This document shows, piece by piece, positions 15,900 to 25,099 of a stretch of 64,000 bases of DNA. Where the stretch lies: the NCBI GenBank assembly GCA_021831565.1, contig JAKBMM010000009.1, positions 3,605 through 67,604 on the forward strand. Direction: 5' to 3'. The stretch is from Planctomycetota bacterium (GTDB lineage: Bacteria; Planctomycetota; Phycisphaerae; WQYP01). The notes under the pieces were generated by a model. The model saw only the letters and a list, made by a program, of their open reading frames with translations. It ran no database searches and was not told the origin of the DNA. A program made the translations under genes and the position numbers. Position 1 is the first letter of the stretch; every line of letters starts with the position of its first letter.

Positions 15900-18800
15900 A
15901 TATCACTCCTCTTCTGGGTATCGGCGCCGGGGCGACGGTGGGGTTTACTCTGTTGGTTCTCCTGCTCAAAAGCGTCGTCCTATTGGCGCTGGCGGGGGTG
16001 CTCAATCGGCTGCTCCGCCACGTGGGCGCTGCCGTTCACCATGCGCTCTGGACCGCCGCTCTGATAGCCGTGCTATTGCTGCCGGCGGCATCCGCCATCC
16101 TGCCGTCCTGGTCGTTGGCCCTGCCGCCGCTTCAGTCCAGGGCCGGCACGGAGATAGCTTCCTCCCAGGCGACGCGGCCCACCGCGCCGCGTCGTCTTGT
16201 TTCCCTCCCTACGCCAACCGCCGGTATCCGGCATCCGAACGGTAAAGCGATTGGGGCCATCGCCTCCCATCGCAACCTGGCTGGCGGCGAACCGGCCCAG
16301 TCGCCATCAATGGCAATCCCAACACCCGTTTTATCCATGCGGAATCCGCCGGAGAGCATCCATTGGCCCGCCTGGTTATTCCTGGTCTGGTCGGCGGGCG
16401 CAGCCATTCTTCTTTTTCTGCGGCTCTTCGCCGGGCTGGCGGTGGGGCGAATCATCCACCGCGCGCGGCGGATAACCGACGGCTCCCTGGCGGACGCGTT
16501 GGAACTGGCCCGCAGAAAAATAAATCTAACGCGCCGCGCGGCCTTGTACGTATCCGAAGAGACGGCGATGCCCGTCGTCCGGGGAATTTTCCGCTCGTGC
16601 GTAGTGCTGCCGGCGACTGCGGGAACCTGGCCGCAAGGGCGGATCCAATCCGTTCTCACGCATGAACTGGGGCATGTGAAACGCTGGGATTGTTTGACGC
16701 TTCTGATCGGCCAGGTGGCCGCCGGTATTTATTGGTTGAATCCCCTGGTCTGGCTGGCTTGCCGGCAGTTGCGAACCCAGTGCGAACAGGCCTGTGATGA
16801 CCTGGTGCTGGTTCATGGAACCGCGGCGGTCACGTATGCCGAGGATCTGCTGGCGGTGGCCCGCACCCGGCGTGTCCATAGCCTGATTTCCGCCGCGGCG
16901 GTTCCCCTGGCCCGGTCCTCGCAACTCAAACGCCGGATGCTGGCCATCCTGGATGGCACGGTTGCGCGCCAGGGACTTTCCCGGCGATTGCTGCTGGCGG
17001 CGGGATTCGCCACGCTGGCGTTAACGTTGGCGTTCGGAATGCTCCGTCCGGTCAACAAAGCCCAAGCCGCCACTGTGTCAGCCGCCGCCAACGCCGCCAA
17101 AAAAAGCATGACCCTTACCGTGATCGACCAACAGACCGGAAAGCCCCTGGCTGGGGTGAAGGTAGGTGCAAACAGCAATGGAGGGTATATGGCGAAACTT
17201 ACCGATACCCGCGGGCGGGCGGTTCTGCCGTTGCCGCGCCACAAGTGGTCCCGGTTCTACATTCAGGTGCATGCCAAAGGCTATGTTCCTGAATTGCTCT
17301 CCTGGAATATGTACGGGGAGAAGCGGGAGGCTTTTCCGGCAACTTACACACTCGCGCTCCCTCGCGGTACGGTTATCTCGGGGCGCGTGGTGGATAATCA
17401 TGGGCAACCGATTGTTGGCGCACACGTGCTCATCTACGGGTGCAAAATGAAACAAGCTAACATTCACGAAAAGATCGATGTCCTGGCGACGGTGCAAACC
17501 GGCCGCAATGGGGTTTGGCGCTATTGCGGCATTCCCGCCCATGGTGTGTCAGAAATCGAGATTGGTACGTGGGACTATCGGTACGTATGGTCTCACTGGT
17601 CAATGGGCTTCTTCCCCATACACACTTTCACTGATTTGACCAGGCTTCGTAACGGCAAATCGGTGTTTATCCTCCAGCGTGGAATCATGGCGCATGGCGT
17701 TGTGCTCGGGCCGGACGGCAAGCCGGTCGCGGGGGCGCAAATCACCGTGGGGCCGGATCAGAACCCAACCAACACGCCTTCCCCCATGAAAGCCAACGCC
17801 GCGGGACAATTTTCCTTCGTGGCCAAACCCGGACATGGGGTTGTCCTTACCGCATGGGCCAAAGGCTATGGCCCGGCGCTCGGGATCTTTCACATAAGGG
17901 CCAACAGCCCGAGCATTTTCCTGCGGCTGACAGCTCCGCATACATTGACCGGCCGCGTGGTCGATCCTGCAGGTCGTCCGCTGGCGGATGCTTCCGTTTA
18001 CACGGATACCTGGCGCGGCTACCGCACGTTGATTCACCACATACGAACCAATAGTCGGGGCTGGTTTATCTGGCGCGACGCGCCGGCGGGCAAAGTCCTG
18101 GTGGATGCCTCCGCCCCGGGCTATGCCTACGCGATGGACATTTCCGTCCGGGCTGGAAAGGACAATCGCATTATCTTGCTGCCCCGCGTAACCGTGCATG
18201 GCACGGTGGTGGACGCCAAGACCGGCCAGCCGATTGATAAGTTCCGCATTATTCGCGGGTTCATCAGCGGGCTGAATCCACTCAACCCTCCGCTACCGCA
18301 TATTGCTTGGAATCGAAATATCCACTGGGACTACATGTATCCCCGGGATGTCTCGGGTCATGGGCATTTCACTTACAGACTTCCCACACAGCGAGCGGCC
18401 TATGCGATTCGAATTGAAGCCAAAGGTTTTCTGCCGACCGAATCCAGAATTTTTCATAACAACGTGCGGAAGATCGATCTTCAATTCAAACTTACACCCG
18501 CCAAGGACATTACCGCGACGGTACTGAATCCGGACGGCGCGCCTGCGGTTGGCGCCAAGGCGATTTTGGTTCCGGCGGGACAATCCTCCCAAATAGGTGC
18601 GCACGAAGACCTCGCGTCAATCGCAGGATATCCGCACCAGACGATTGATCGCCGGGGCAGGCTGGATTTTGCGCCACACAGCGGCGGCTACCAGATTGCG
18701 GTCTGGGATCGGGCCGGTTATGCGATCTGGCCAAACGATCGTCCTCCCACCAAGAACAATCTGTTACAACTCCAGCGTTGGGGGAGCATTCACGGCCGGC

Positions 18801-19600
18801 TGTTGTTTGGTACGAAGCCCGCGCCGGGACAGAAGATAGAGGCTTGGACACAGATACCCCTGGCTCCGAGGATCACCCAAGGCATTAGCTGGAATGTCAC
18901 GACACGCACGAATTCCGCGGGTGAATTTCTTATCAAGCGGTGCCCGGCTGGAAAGGTTCAGGTTGGGATGCAGGTTAGGATGTTCACGAATTCCACGTCG
19001 TCGCTGGGCCGTTTGGTGGTGGTGCAAGCCGGAAAAACCACGCGCGTGGTACTTGGCGGCATGGGGCGATGCGTAGAGGGGCGAGTGAGTATTCCACCCG
19101 CGTTTGCGCGGAGCAGTGATTGGAAATTTGAGATCGGCAGCGCAGGCACCAAGAGGCCGTCTTTTCTTTCTCTGATGCCGAAAAATATCCGCCGGGGCTA
19201 TGAGGCCGCCAAAACCAAATGGCTCAGGTCGTTCTTGGCGTCACCGGCGGGCAAGGCGTGGATGGCCGGAGATCGCAAATGGATGCGAACTAAAATGCAC
19301 GACTACAGCTTCACGGTCCAGCCCGATGGCCGCTTCACCATTCCCGATGTCCTGCCGGGGACTTATGTGATTGGGATCAACGCCGTCAACCCCGCCGCCA
19401 TCACTTACCACACATTCCGGCAAAAGACGGCGACCGGCTACCGAACGTACCAAGAGCAGACGGAGGAAACGGTCGGCGTCGCGAAAGGCACTTTCACCGT
19501 AGGGCCGATTCCCGGCGGCGTCACCAACGTGTCGCTCAAACTTCCGCCGTTGAAATTGGAGATGATCAAACCCGCTAAATCAAACAACAATCCTCCGTAG
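15896..19600 (+). CDS. BlaR1-like M56 metallopeptidase sensor with ~850-aa extracytoplasmic CarboxypepD_reg-like repeat region
   Basis: TM N-terminus and HExxH site THELGHVKRWD. Followed by at least five repeats of the type G(R/H)VVD..G.P(I/V).GA.V (for example GRVVDNHGQPIVGAHVLIYG, GVVLGPDGKPVAGAQITVG, GRVVDPAGRPLADASVYTD). Confidence 0.8.
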   Translation: MNITPLLGIGAGATVGFTLLVLLLKSVVLLALAGVLNRLLRHVGAAVHHALWTAALIAVLLLPAASAILPSWSLALPPLQSRAGTEIASSQATRPTAPRRLVSLPTPTAGIRHPNGKAIGAIASHRNLAGGEPAQSPSMAIPTPVLSMRNPPESIHWPAWLFLVWSAGAAILLFLRLFAGLAVGRIIHRARRITDGSLADALELARRKINLTRRAALYVSEETAMPVVRGIFRSCVVLPATAGTWPQGRIQSVLTHELGHVKRWDCLTLLIGQVAAGIYWLNPLVWLACRQLRTQCEQACDDLVLVHGTAAVTYAEDLLAVARTRRVHSLISAAAVPLARSSQLKRRMLAILDGTVARQGLSRRLLLAAGFATLALTLAFGMLRPVNKAQAATVSAAANAAKKSMTLTVIDQQTGKPLAGVKVGANSNGGYMAKLTDTRGRAVLPLPRHKWSRFYIQVHAKGYVPELLSWNMYGEKREAFPATYTLALPRGTVISGRVVDNHGQPIVGAHVLIYGCKMKQANIHEKIDVLATVQTGRNGVWRYCGIPAHGVSEIEIGTWDYRYVWSHWSMGFFPIHTFTDLTRLRNGKSVFILQRGIMAHGVVLGPDGKPVAGAQITVGPDQNPTNTPSPMKANAAGQFSFVAKPGHGVVLTAWAKGYGPALGIFHIRANSPSIFLRLTAPHTLTGRVVDPAGRPLADASVYTDTWRGYRTLIHHIRTNSRGWFIWRDAPAGKVLVDASAPGYAYAMDISVRAGKDNRIILLPRVTVHGTVVDAKTGQPIDKFRIIRGFISGLNPLNPPLPHIAWNRNIHWDYMYPRDVSGHGHFTYRLPTQRAAYAIRIEAKGFLPTESRIFHNNVRKIDLQFKLTPAKDITATVLNPDGAPAVGAKAILVPAGQSSQIGAHEDLASIAGYPHQTIDRRGRLDFAPHSGGYQIAVWDRAGYAIWPNDRPPTKNNLLQLQRWGSIHGRLLFGTKPAPGQKIEAWTQIPLAPRITQGISWNVTTRTNSAGEFLIKRCPAGKVQVGMQVRMFTNSTSSLGRLVVVQAGKTTRVVLGGMGRCVEGRVSIPPAFARSSDWKFEIGSAGTKRPSFLSLMPKNIRRGYEAAKTKWLRSFLASPAGKAWMAGDRKWMRTKMHDYSFTVQPDGRFTIPDVLPGTYVIGINAVNPAAITYHTFRQKTATGYRTYQEQTEETVGVAKGTFTVGPIPGGVTNVSLKLPPLKLEMIKPAKSNNNPP

Positions 19601-20737
19601 TTCCCCTCCGCCCAGCGGCTTTAAGTTCACGCCCTTGCCCCAGATGGCGCGAACGGTCCGCAGGTAGAAAAGATAATTCTCCAGCGGAACATCCGGCGGG
19701 ACACGGTGATCGCAAAAACCGATGTAACCGCCTTCTTCGACCAGCGGGGCCAGACGCCGAACCTCGGCCTCAATTTCGCGGTGGGAACGGGCGAGGATGT
19801 GTTTGTCAAAGCCGCCCATCAGGAGCAGATCTTTGCCGTATTTTCGGCGATAGGCGACCGGATCGGCGCCCCAGGTTCCGACTTCAATGGGAAACATGCA
19901 GTTGACGCCGGCCGCGAGCCAGAGCGGGATCAACTCGTCAATGCGGCCGTCGCAATCCACCCAGATCACATCGCAGCCGTGGCGGCGAAGCTGTTCGGTG
20001 ATCCGACGATAGTGCGGCACGAGGAAGCGCTGGAAATGTTCGGGGGCCAAAAGCGGGCCGCTGTTGTAACACATGTCCTCCCACATTCCACAGGCGTCAA
20101 AACGCGCGCCCTGGAGCAGAGCGCGACGATGCGTTTCGACAATCAGATCGGCCAGAGTGGCGACCATCTCTTCGAACAGCGCCGGATCGTCATAGACCAG
20201 GTAAGAGAGATTCTCCATGCCCATCCAGTCGCGCAGCCAGCCGTAGAGGCTGCCGCCGTTGACGGTGCGGAGGCGGGGGTAATCGGGATCATTCCAAATC
20301 GCCCGCGCCTGGTCCCAGTCGGGATAACGGGCGGGGTGATCGTAATTGGTAAGTCGCGGCAGATAGTGTTCGCGCCAACTGGCGCGGTCCACCAGCAGGT
20401 GCCCCACGTGCTGGGGAATGGAGCCGGCGTATTTGTGGCGCAGCACGCGTACGCCATCGCCCTGCTGGACCACTTCCTGATCGCCGCGATCTTCCAGCAC
20501 GTATTGCTCGAAACCGGGATACAGACCGCAACCGACCTGCGGGCCGCCGCTGTAATAATGGTCCATCCCAAAAAAGACATCGGTGGCGGTGGTGTCATGT
20601 CCCCCGCCGACCCAGGCCGGCAAACCCTGGGCGATCCACGCGTCGATCGTTTCACCCCAAAAGCCGAAATCACAGATGGGCGCCCGGTCGCGCGGCTGGT
20701 AGTGCATGGTGGCGATAAAACGCCGGCGATCGTTCAT
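19580..20737 (-). CDS. Uroporphyrinogen-decarboxylase (URO-D/MtaA-like) family protein
   Basis: 385 aa from the MNDRRRFIATMHYQPRDR Met. URO-D-fold-like C-terminal half (VIWVDCDGRIDELIPLWLAAGVNCMFPIE...GGFDK). The track ORF start at 20950 is an upstream extension. Confidence 0.65.
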   Translation of the reverse strand: MNDRRRFIATMHYQPRDRAPICDFGFWGETIDAWIAQGLPAWVGGGHDTTATDVFFGMDHYYSGGPQVGCGLYPGFEQYVLEDRGDQEVVQQGDGVRVLRHKYAGSIPQHVGHLLVDRASWREHYLPRLTNYDHPARYPDWDQARAIWNDPDYPRLRTVNGGSLYGWLRDWMGMENLSYLVYDDPALFEEMVATLADLIVETHRRALLQGARFDACGMWEDMCYNSGPLLAPEHFQRFLVPHYRRITEQLRRHGCDVIWVDCDGRIDELIPLWLAAGVNCMFPIEVGTWGADPVAYRRKYGKDLLLMGGFDKHILARSHREIEAEVRRLAPLVEEGGYIGFCDHRVPPDVPLENYLFYLRTVRAIWGKGVNLKPLGGGELRRIVV

Positions 20738-20810
20738 ACGCTGACTCCTGGTAATACCATGATGGGAATGAAAAAAACATCCAATAAATAATAGACATAT
20801 CCATTTTTTC

Positions 20811-22085
20811 TTACGAGTGTACGCCCACGGGCGCCGGCGGCCCCGCCGCGGCCGGAGGAACCGCCGGCGGGCATCGCCAATCTTCCGGCCGGAATACCTC
20901 GCCGCAGCGAACAAGCAGGCGAACCTGCCGGAGAAAATCGATGTTTTCAAAGGGGGAGCCGGCCAAAGCGACGCAATCGACCGCGTTACCGGGCGCGATA
21001 TTCGCCGGCGCCATCCCCCACAATTTACGCGGCGCCGCGGTGGCCGCGGCCAACACCTTCTCCAGCGGCAGGCCGGCCCTTAAAAGAAAGAACAGTTCGT
21101 CGATCAGGCCTGTTCCGTGCGGCACGCCGCAACTGCCGGCATCCGAGCCGGCGAGGACGGGAACACCCCAGGCGTCGGCCTGGGCCACCATCTCAAAATG
21201 CTGCTGGAGAATCGCGTCCAGGCGTTCGAGGGTCCGGGCGTTCCAGCCGGCGAGTTCGGGGTGCGCCAACTGGAAATAGACCGGAGCGAAGGTGGGAACC
21301 CAGGCGATCCGCTTTTGGGCCATCGCCTTGAGAATCTCGCGCGACATGAAGAAACCATGTTCGATCGAATCGATCCCCGCCGCAACGGCGATTTGCAGAC
21401 CCTCCTGACCGCTGCAATGGGCATAAGTGCGCAGATTCAGGTCCCGGGCGCTCTGGACGATCAGGCGGGTTTGCGCCAGATCAAACTGCACGTCCCCTTT
21501 CATCTTTCCGTGGGCAAAGTCGATGATGCCGGTGAGCAGGACCTTCAGATCATCGGCGGTGGCGGCAATCTTCCGGATCGTCGGCGCGATGTCGTCCGGG
21601 CCGTTGACTTCCACCGCCATGAAGCCGCCATAGCGACCGGCTTTGCGAATCGCTCGCCCCGGACTGCGCAGCGTGGGCGCCCGGCCGGTCCACCGGTGCA
21701 ACTCCCGCTTGATGTGCGTGTTGACGCCGTAGAGATCGCCGGCATCCCGGATCAGCGTGACGCCCGCCGCCAGATCAGCCTGGAGACTTTTCCAGCCGAC
21801 TTGCAGCATCTCGGGAAAAGGGGCATGGAGATACTTTTTACGGACCTGCGGATCGAGCCGGGCTCCATCCAGAAACAGATGGCAATGCGCCTCCGTAAGC
21901 CCCGGCATCACGAATGGCGCAACAATCAAATCGCCGGCGGAATTTGGCGTTGCGTTGGATGAGCCTGGATCGCCGGGTAGAATTTCCCCGATCACGCCGT
22001 CGATTATGCGGATTGTATAAGGCCCGCCGGCATGATAACGCTCGCCATCAAAGTAGCTCTCGACCACCAGGACCGGCGAATTCAT
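20811..22085 (-). CDS. Amidohydrolase-superfamily metal-dependent hydrolase
   Basis: HxH metal motif GLTEAHCHLFLDG, later AHCSG and SDAGSCGVPHG. 424 aa. Confidence 0.75.
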   Translation of the reverse strand: MNSPVLVVESYFDGERYHAGGPYTIRIIDGVIGEILPGDPGSSNATPNSAGDLIVAPFVMPGLTEAHCHLFLDGARLDPQVRKKYLHAPFPEMLQVGWKSLQADLAAGVTLIRDAGDLYGVNTHIKRELHRWTGRAPTLRSPGRAIRKAGRYGGFMAVEVNGPDDIAPTIRKIAATADDLKVLLTGIIDFAHGKMKGDVQFDLAQTRLIVQSARDLNLRTYAHCSGQEGLQIAVAAGIDSIEHGFFMSREILKAMAQKRIAWVPTFAPVYFQLAHPELAGWNARTLERLDAILQQHFEMVAQADAWGVPVLAGSDAGSCGVPHGTGLIDELFFLLRAGLPLEKVLAAATAAPRKLWGMAPANIAPGNAVDCVALAGSPFENIDFLRQVRLLVRCGEVFRPEDWRCPPAVPPAAAGPPAPVGVHS

Positions 22086-22972
22086 GACTCGTCCTTTCGG
22101 TAAAGCCGCCGAAGACGCTCCAAGGCGTCAATCCCCTCGAGTTGGATGGTTTCACAGAAGCCCTGGAATACGAAATCGTCAGCCGGAAGTATGTGGTAAG
22201 CCCGGCCGGGAGTACCCAGGATGGTGTCCAAACCATAAGGCATGGCCAGGGTCAGGAACGCCGATTCAATCTGGATGCTCAGCCGGCTTCCATCCAGCGC
22301 GACTTTGGGCAACATAATGCCCAGGTTCGAGAGGCCCACCAGCAAATGGACGCCCCGCAGCTCCGCGGCGCCGCCCAACAAACGGATGGCATCCACGGCT
22401 TTTCGGATCAGACCGTCGGTATCGGTGGCGATGGGATGGAGCGAAACATCGACGAACAGATCGTCCGGCGCGAGTCCCAAGCCGTTGGCGAGGAGGCGCT
22501 CCATCATACGACGCGCCGTTTGGACTATTTCCAGGGAAGTTTCATTGGCTGTCTTCCGTCCGCCTTCCATCCGTTCGGAGGCCATCAGCACCACCTTCGC
22601 CGGCTGAATCTTGAGAACATCCCGCATGTCCCAACGGAGTTCGGAGATGGAATTGACAATGGGTTTTCGGCCGCAGGCCTTCGTGGCATCGTAAGTTCGC
22701 AGGCATATCTCCTGCACCGACGCCTGCGGGCAGTCAAAGGAAAGCGGCACATTGACAACCGCCTGCACCGCGCGGATTACTTCCACCAGAAACGCCGTGT
22801 CCCGCTGCGCCTTTTCGCCGACGTTGATGGTCAGGTATTCGCAGCCTTTCTCCACCTGCCCGCGCGCCAGCGCCTGCAAGCCGGGAATATCCCGTCGATC
22901 CAGCAGGTCTTTGGACAGGGCAAAGCCGGGGTTGATTCGTTCACCAATAATCGTCAGATTCGCCGGGCGCAT
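22082..22972 (-). CDS. Pterin-binding (DHPS/MeTr/MtrH-like) domain protein
   Basis: LTIIGERINPG...GCEYLTINVG...VPLSFDCPQ pattern typical of methyl-tetrahydrofolate/pterin-binding TIM barrels. The stop overlaps the amidohydrolase start. Confidence 0.65.
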   Translation of the reverse strand: MRPANLTIIGERINPGFALSKDLLDRRDIPGLQALARGQVEKGCEYLTINVGEKAQRDTAFLVEVIRAVQAVVNVPLSFDCPQASVQEICLRTYDATKACGRKPIVNSISELRWDMRDVLKIQPAKVVLMASERMEGGRKTANETSLEIVQTARRMMERLLANGLGLAPDDLFVDVSLHPIATDTDGLIRKAVDAIRLLGGAAELRGVHLLVGLSNLGIMLPKVALDGSRLSIQIESAFLTLAMPYGLDTILGTPGRAYHILPADDFVFQGFCETIQLEGIDALERLRRLYRKDES

Positions 22973-23111
22973 GGGTTCCTTTCACTGTGAACATTCCAAG
23001 AACCTATCCCGATATAGGGCACGCAGACGTGCCTTCAGGATATCAAGGATGACCAAACCAAAGAGCAAACGCAAGATGCCGTACCAGGATAAGTGGCGGA
23101 TTTCGGATGTT

Positions 23112-23404
23112 GTAACCGTTCACGGCGGCGCGCAAAACGGCCGCGGGATTGCGATCCTCGCGGCTGCTCTATAGTCGCCTCCCCCGCAGCCGTGGATGGA
23201 AATCCACGGCCGTCCGTAACCGCAAGGAAAACGGTGTTTAACGGGTCAGCCTGCTGACCGTGTCACCAATATCGCAAAACGGCCGCGTGATTCCACCACT
23301 CGGCTGCGTGACTGGGCGGCGCGGTGATTGGCGGTCCCGGCACACCGGGAAAACCCATGCCCGCCGGGACGTGCGCCAAAAACATCCGGTGCGTGAACGG
23401 TTAC
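23112..23404 (-). mobile_element. MITE-like repeat copy B (long form, 293 bp), inverted relative to copy A
   Basis: The reverse complement aligns end to end with copy A. By hand I count about 12-13 differences, mostly clustered in one ~30-nt patch. Same TIRs. No matching flanking duplication (CGGATGTT vs TCCAGGAC). Confidence 0.85.
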
Positions 23405-23532
23405 TCCAGGACATGGGTCTGCTGGAGTACGACTTTACACTTCGGCGCCGTTGGTAATCTTTTCCCGGCGGCGGTATAAAGCATGGGCGCAGTCACCCGG
23501 CAAAAACAACCGGGCGTCGCCAGGAGCAATAC

Positions 23533-24006
23533 TTGGCTTTTTCGAGTAACGCAGGAAACCGGACCGGCGGCGAAGCCAGGGGCTATCTGGCTATTGCCGT
23601 CGGCTGGTTAATTCCCGGCGCCGGTCACTGGATGGTGGGCGATCGCCGGCGCGGCCTTATTTTCACCATCGCCATTCATACCCTGTTTATTGGCGGGATT
23701 TTGCTGGGAGGCGTGCGCGCGCTGAATCGGCCCCGCCAGCGCCTGTGGGATTATTCGCAATACCTGGCCGGTTGGCCGATGCTGATCGGCAGTCGCCTCC
23801 GGAGCGAATATTTCCCGCCCGGTTCGCGCCATCCTTCGGGTTTTGCGCCGCTGGTTCAGGAAGTGGCCACCGCATATTGCGGGTTGGCGGGCATGTTGAA
23901 TCTGTTGGTTCTAGTCGATCTGTTCATGCTCGTAAGCGGCGAAGGATCCGTTTCCCAGACCGGAAAAACTCCTGGCGCCGGCCAAGCCGCAGGAGGGCGT
24001 CGATGA
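23533..24006 (+). CDS. Hypothetical membrane protein
   Basis: 157-aa ORF with a TTG start. Three or four hydrophobic segments. Translationally coupled (ATGA) to the next ORF. Confidence 0.45.
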   Translation: MAFSSNAGNRTGGEARGYLAIAVGWLIPGAGHWMVGDRRRGLIFTIAIHTLFIGGILLGGVRALNRPRQRLWDYSQYLAGWPMLIGSRLRSEYFPPGSRHPSGFAPLVQEVATAYCGLAGMLNLLVLVDLFMLVSGEGSVSQTGKTPGAGQAAGGRR

Positions 24007-24293
24007 TCTTCCACGCCGTCCCGAGAGCTTTCGGGATTCCCGCCTGGATTCCGCTGATCGATCCTCTGTATTCGGTCGTGCCCCATCTAACCGGTTACTG
24101 GCTTTTGTTTGCCTTTCCGCTGGTGTTGATCATCAGTCTGGTCTACCAGGCCGTGCGCCGGCGCGATTTGACGGGCCTGCTCAAGGCCACGCTGTGGCTG
24201 GCGATCAAGATCCTCCTGGGCATGGCGCTGATTTGCGTTGTGGTGCAGGTGGTTTACCACTTGGTGGTTCACTATTCGACCGCACCGCTGTAA
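24003..24293 (+). CDS. Hypothetical small membrane protein
   Basis: 96 aa from ATG 24003, which overlaps the preceding stop. Three hydrophobic helices. Confidence 0.4.
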   Translation: MIFHAVPRAFGIPAWIPLIDPLYSVVPHLTGYWLLFAFPLVLIISLVYQAVRRRDLTGLLKATLWLAIKILLGMALICVVVQVVYHLVVHYSTAPL

Positions 24294-24314
24294 GGAATGA
24301 TCCCGTGCTTGTCT

Positions 24315-24986
24315 TTATGGGTCGCGCACCAGGAATCTCGCCGCGACTCCGCCGCTTAAAACCCTATGGCGCGAGGATTTGTCCTTGGCGATTCGCAACC
24401 GGACGGCATCCGCCAGCGGGTCGCGTTGTTGCACGCGCACGATCGCCGTTGGCGTCAGGCCGCACTGGTCCACAAAACGCAGGAAATTCGGCTCTTGGTC
24501 TAATATGCGAACGATCCGCACCGGGCGGTCCAGGGGACAGGTCGCCAGACTGGCAAAACGCTGCGGATGAACTTTTCCTCCCGCGGTGGGAATCGGATCG
24601 CCATGGGGATCGGCGACCGGCCGCCCCAGCAACCGGTCAATCGCTTCGAGAACTCTCTCGGAAATGGCGTGCTCGATTTCTTCGGCCTCTTCATGGACCT
24701 GCGACCAGTCCAGCTTGAGCACCCGCACCAGCAGCAATTCCACCAGCCGATGGCGGCGCAGCACGTGCAGCGCGAGATGTTCGCCGGCCCGGGAGAGTTT
24801 CACGCCCCGCCGCGGTTCGTAGCCGACCAGATGGGCCTCGGCCAGCGCCTTGACCATGGTGGTGGCCGTGCCGGGAGTCACCTCCATCAGGTTCGCCAGC
24901 CGGCCCATGGGGATGAACTTTCCCCGCGCTTCCTGGCGGGCCAGGTAAATCCGCTTGAGATAATTCTCGATGGTTTTGCTGGCCAT
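24315..24986 (-). CDS. mntR: DtxR/MntR-family metal-dependent repressor with C-terminal FeoA/SH3-like domain
   Basis: ENYLKRIYLA..., HTH MGRLANLMEVTPGTATTMVKALAE, metal-site region HEEAEEIEHAIS, C-terminal FeoA-like RIVRILDQEPNFLRF. Divergent from an Nramp gene. Confidence 0.85.
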   Translation of the reverse strand: MASKTIENYLKRIYLARQEARGKFIPMGRLANLMEVTPGTATTMVKALAEAHLVGYEPRRGVKLSRAGEHLALHVLRRHRLVELLLVRVLKLDWSQVHEEAEEIEHAISERVLEAIDRLLGRPVADPHGDPIPTAGGKVHPQRFASLATCPLDRPVRIVRILDQEPNFLRFVDQCGLTPTAIVRVQQRDPLADAVRLRIAKDKSSRHRVLSGGVAARFLVRDP

Positions 24987-25099
24987 GTACGCTCCGGGAT
25001 TCTTCTTCGGCCTTGCTTGGCGCGCGGCCAGTAGATACAGTATACTTTGATTATTCAAAATTGGAAGTGATATCCATCAAACACAACTAGCGATCGCTT

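Noticed and set aside
19580-19600. 21-bp convergent overlap of the blaR1-like and UroD-like gene ends
   Set aside because: Short tail-to-tail overlaps are common in compact high-GC genomes, and there is nothing further to interpret.
24987-25099. Search for a DtxR/MntR operator in the mntR-mntH divergent intergenic region
   Set aside because: I could not find a convincing palindrome resembling known DtxR or MntR boxes by eye. There are only AT-rich stretches such as AGTATACTTTGATTATTCAAAATTGG.
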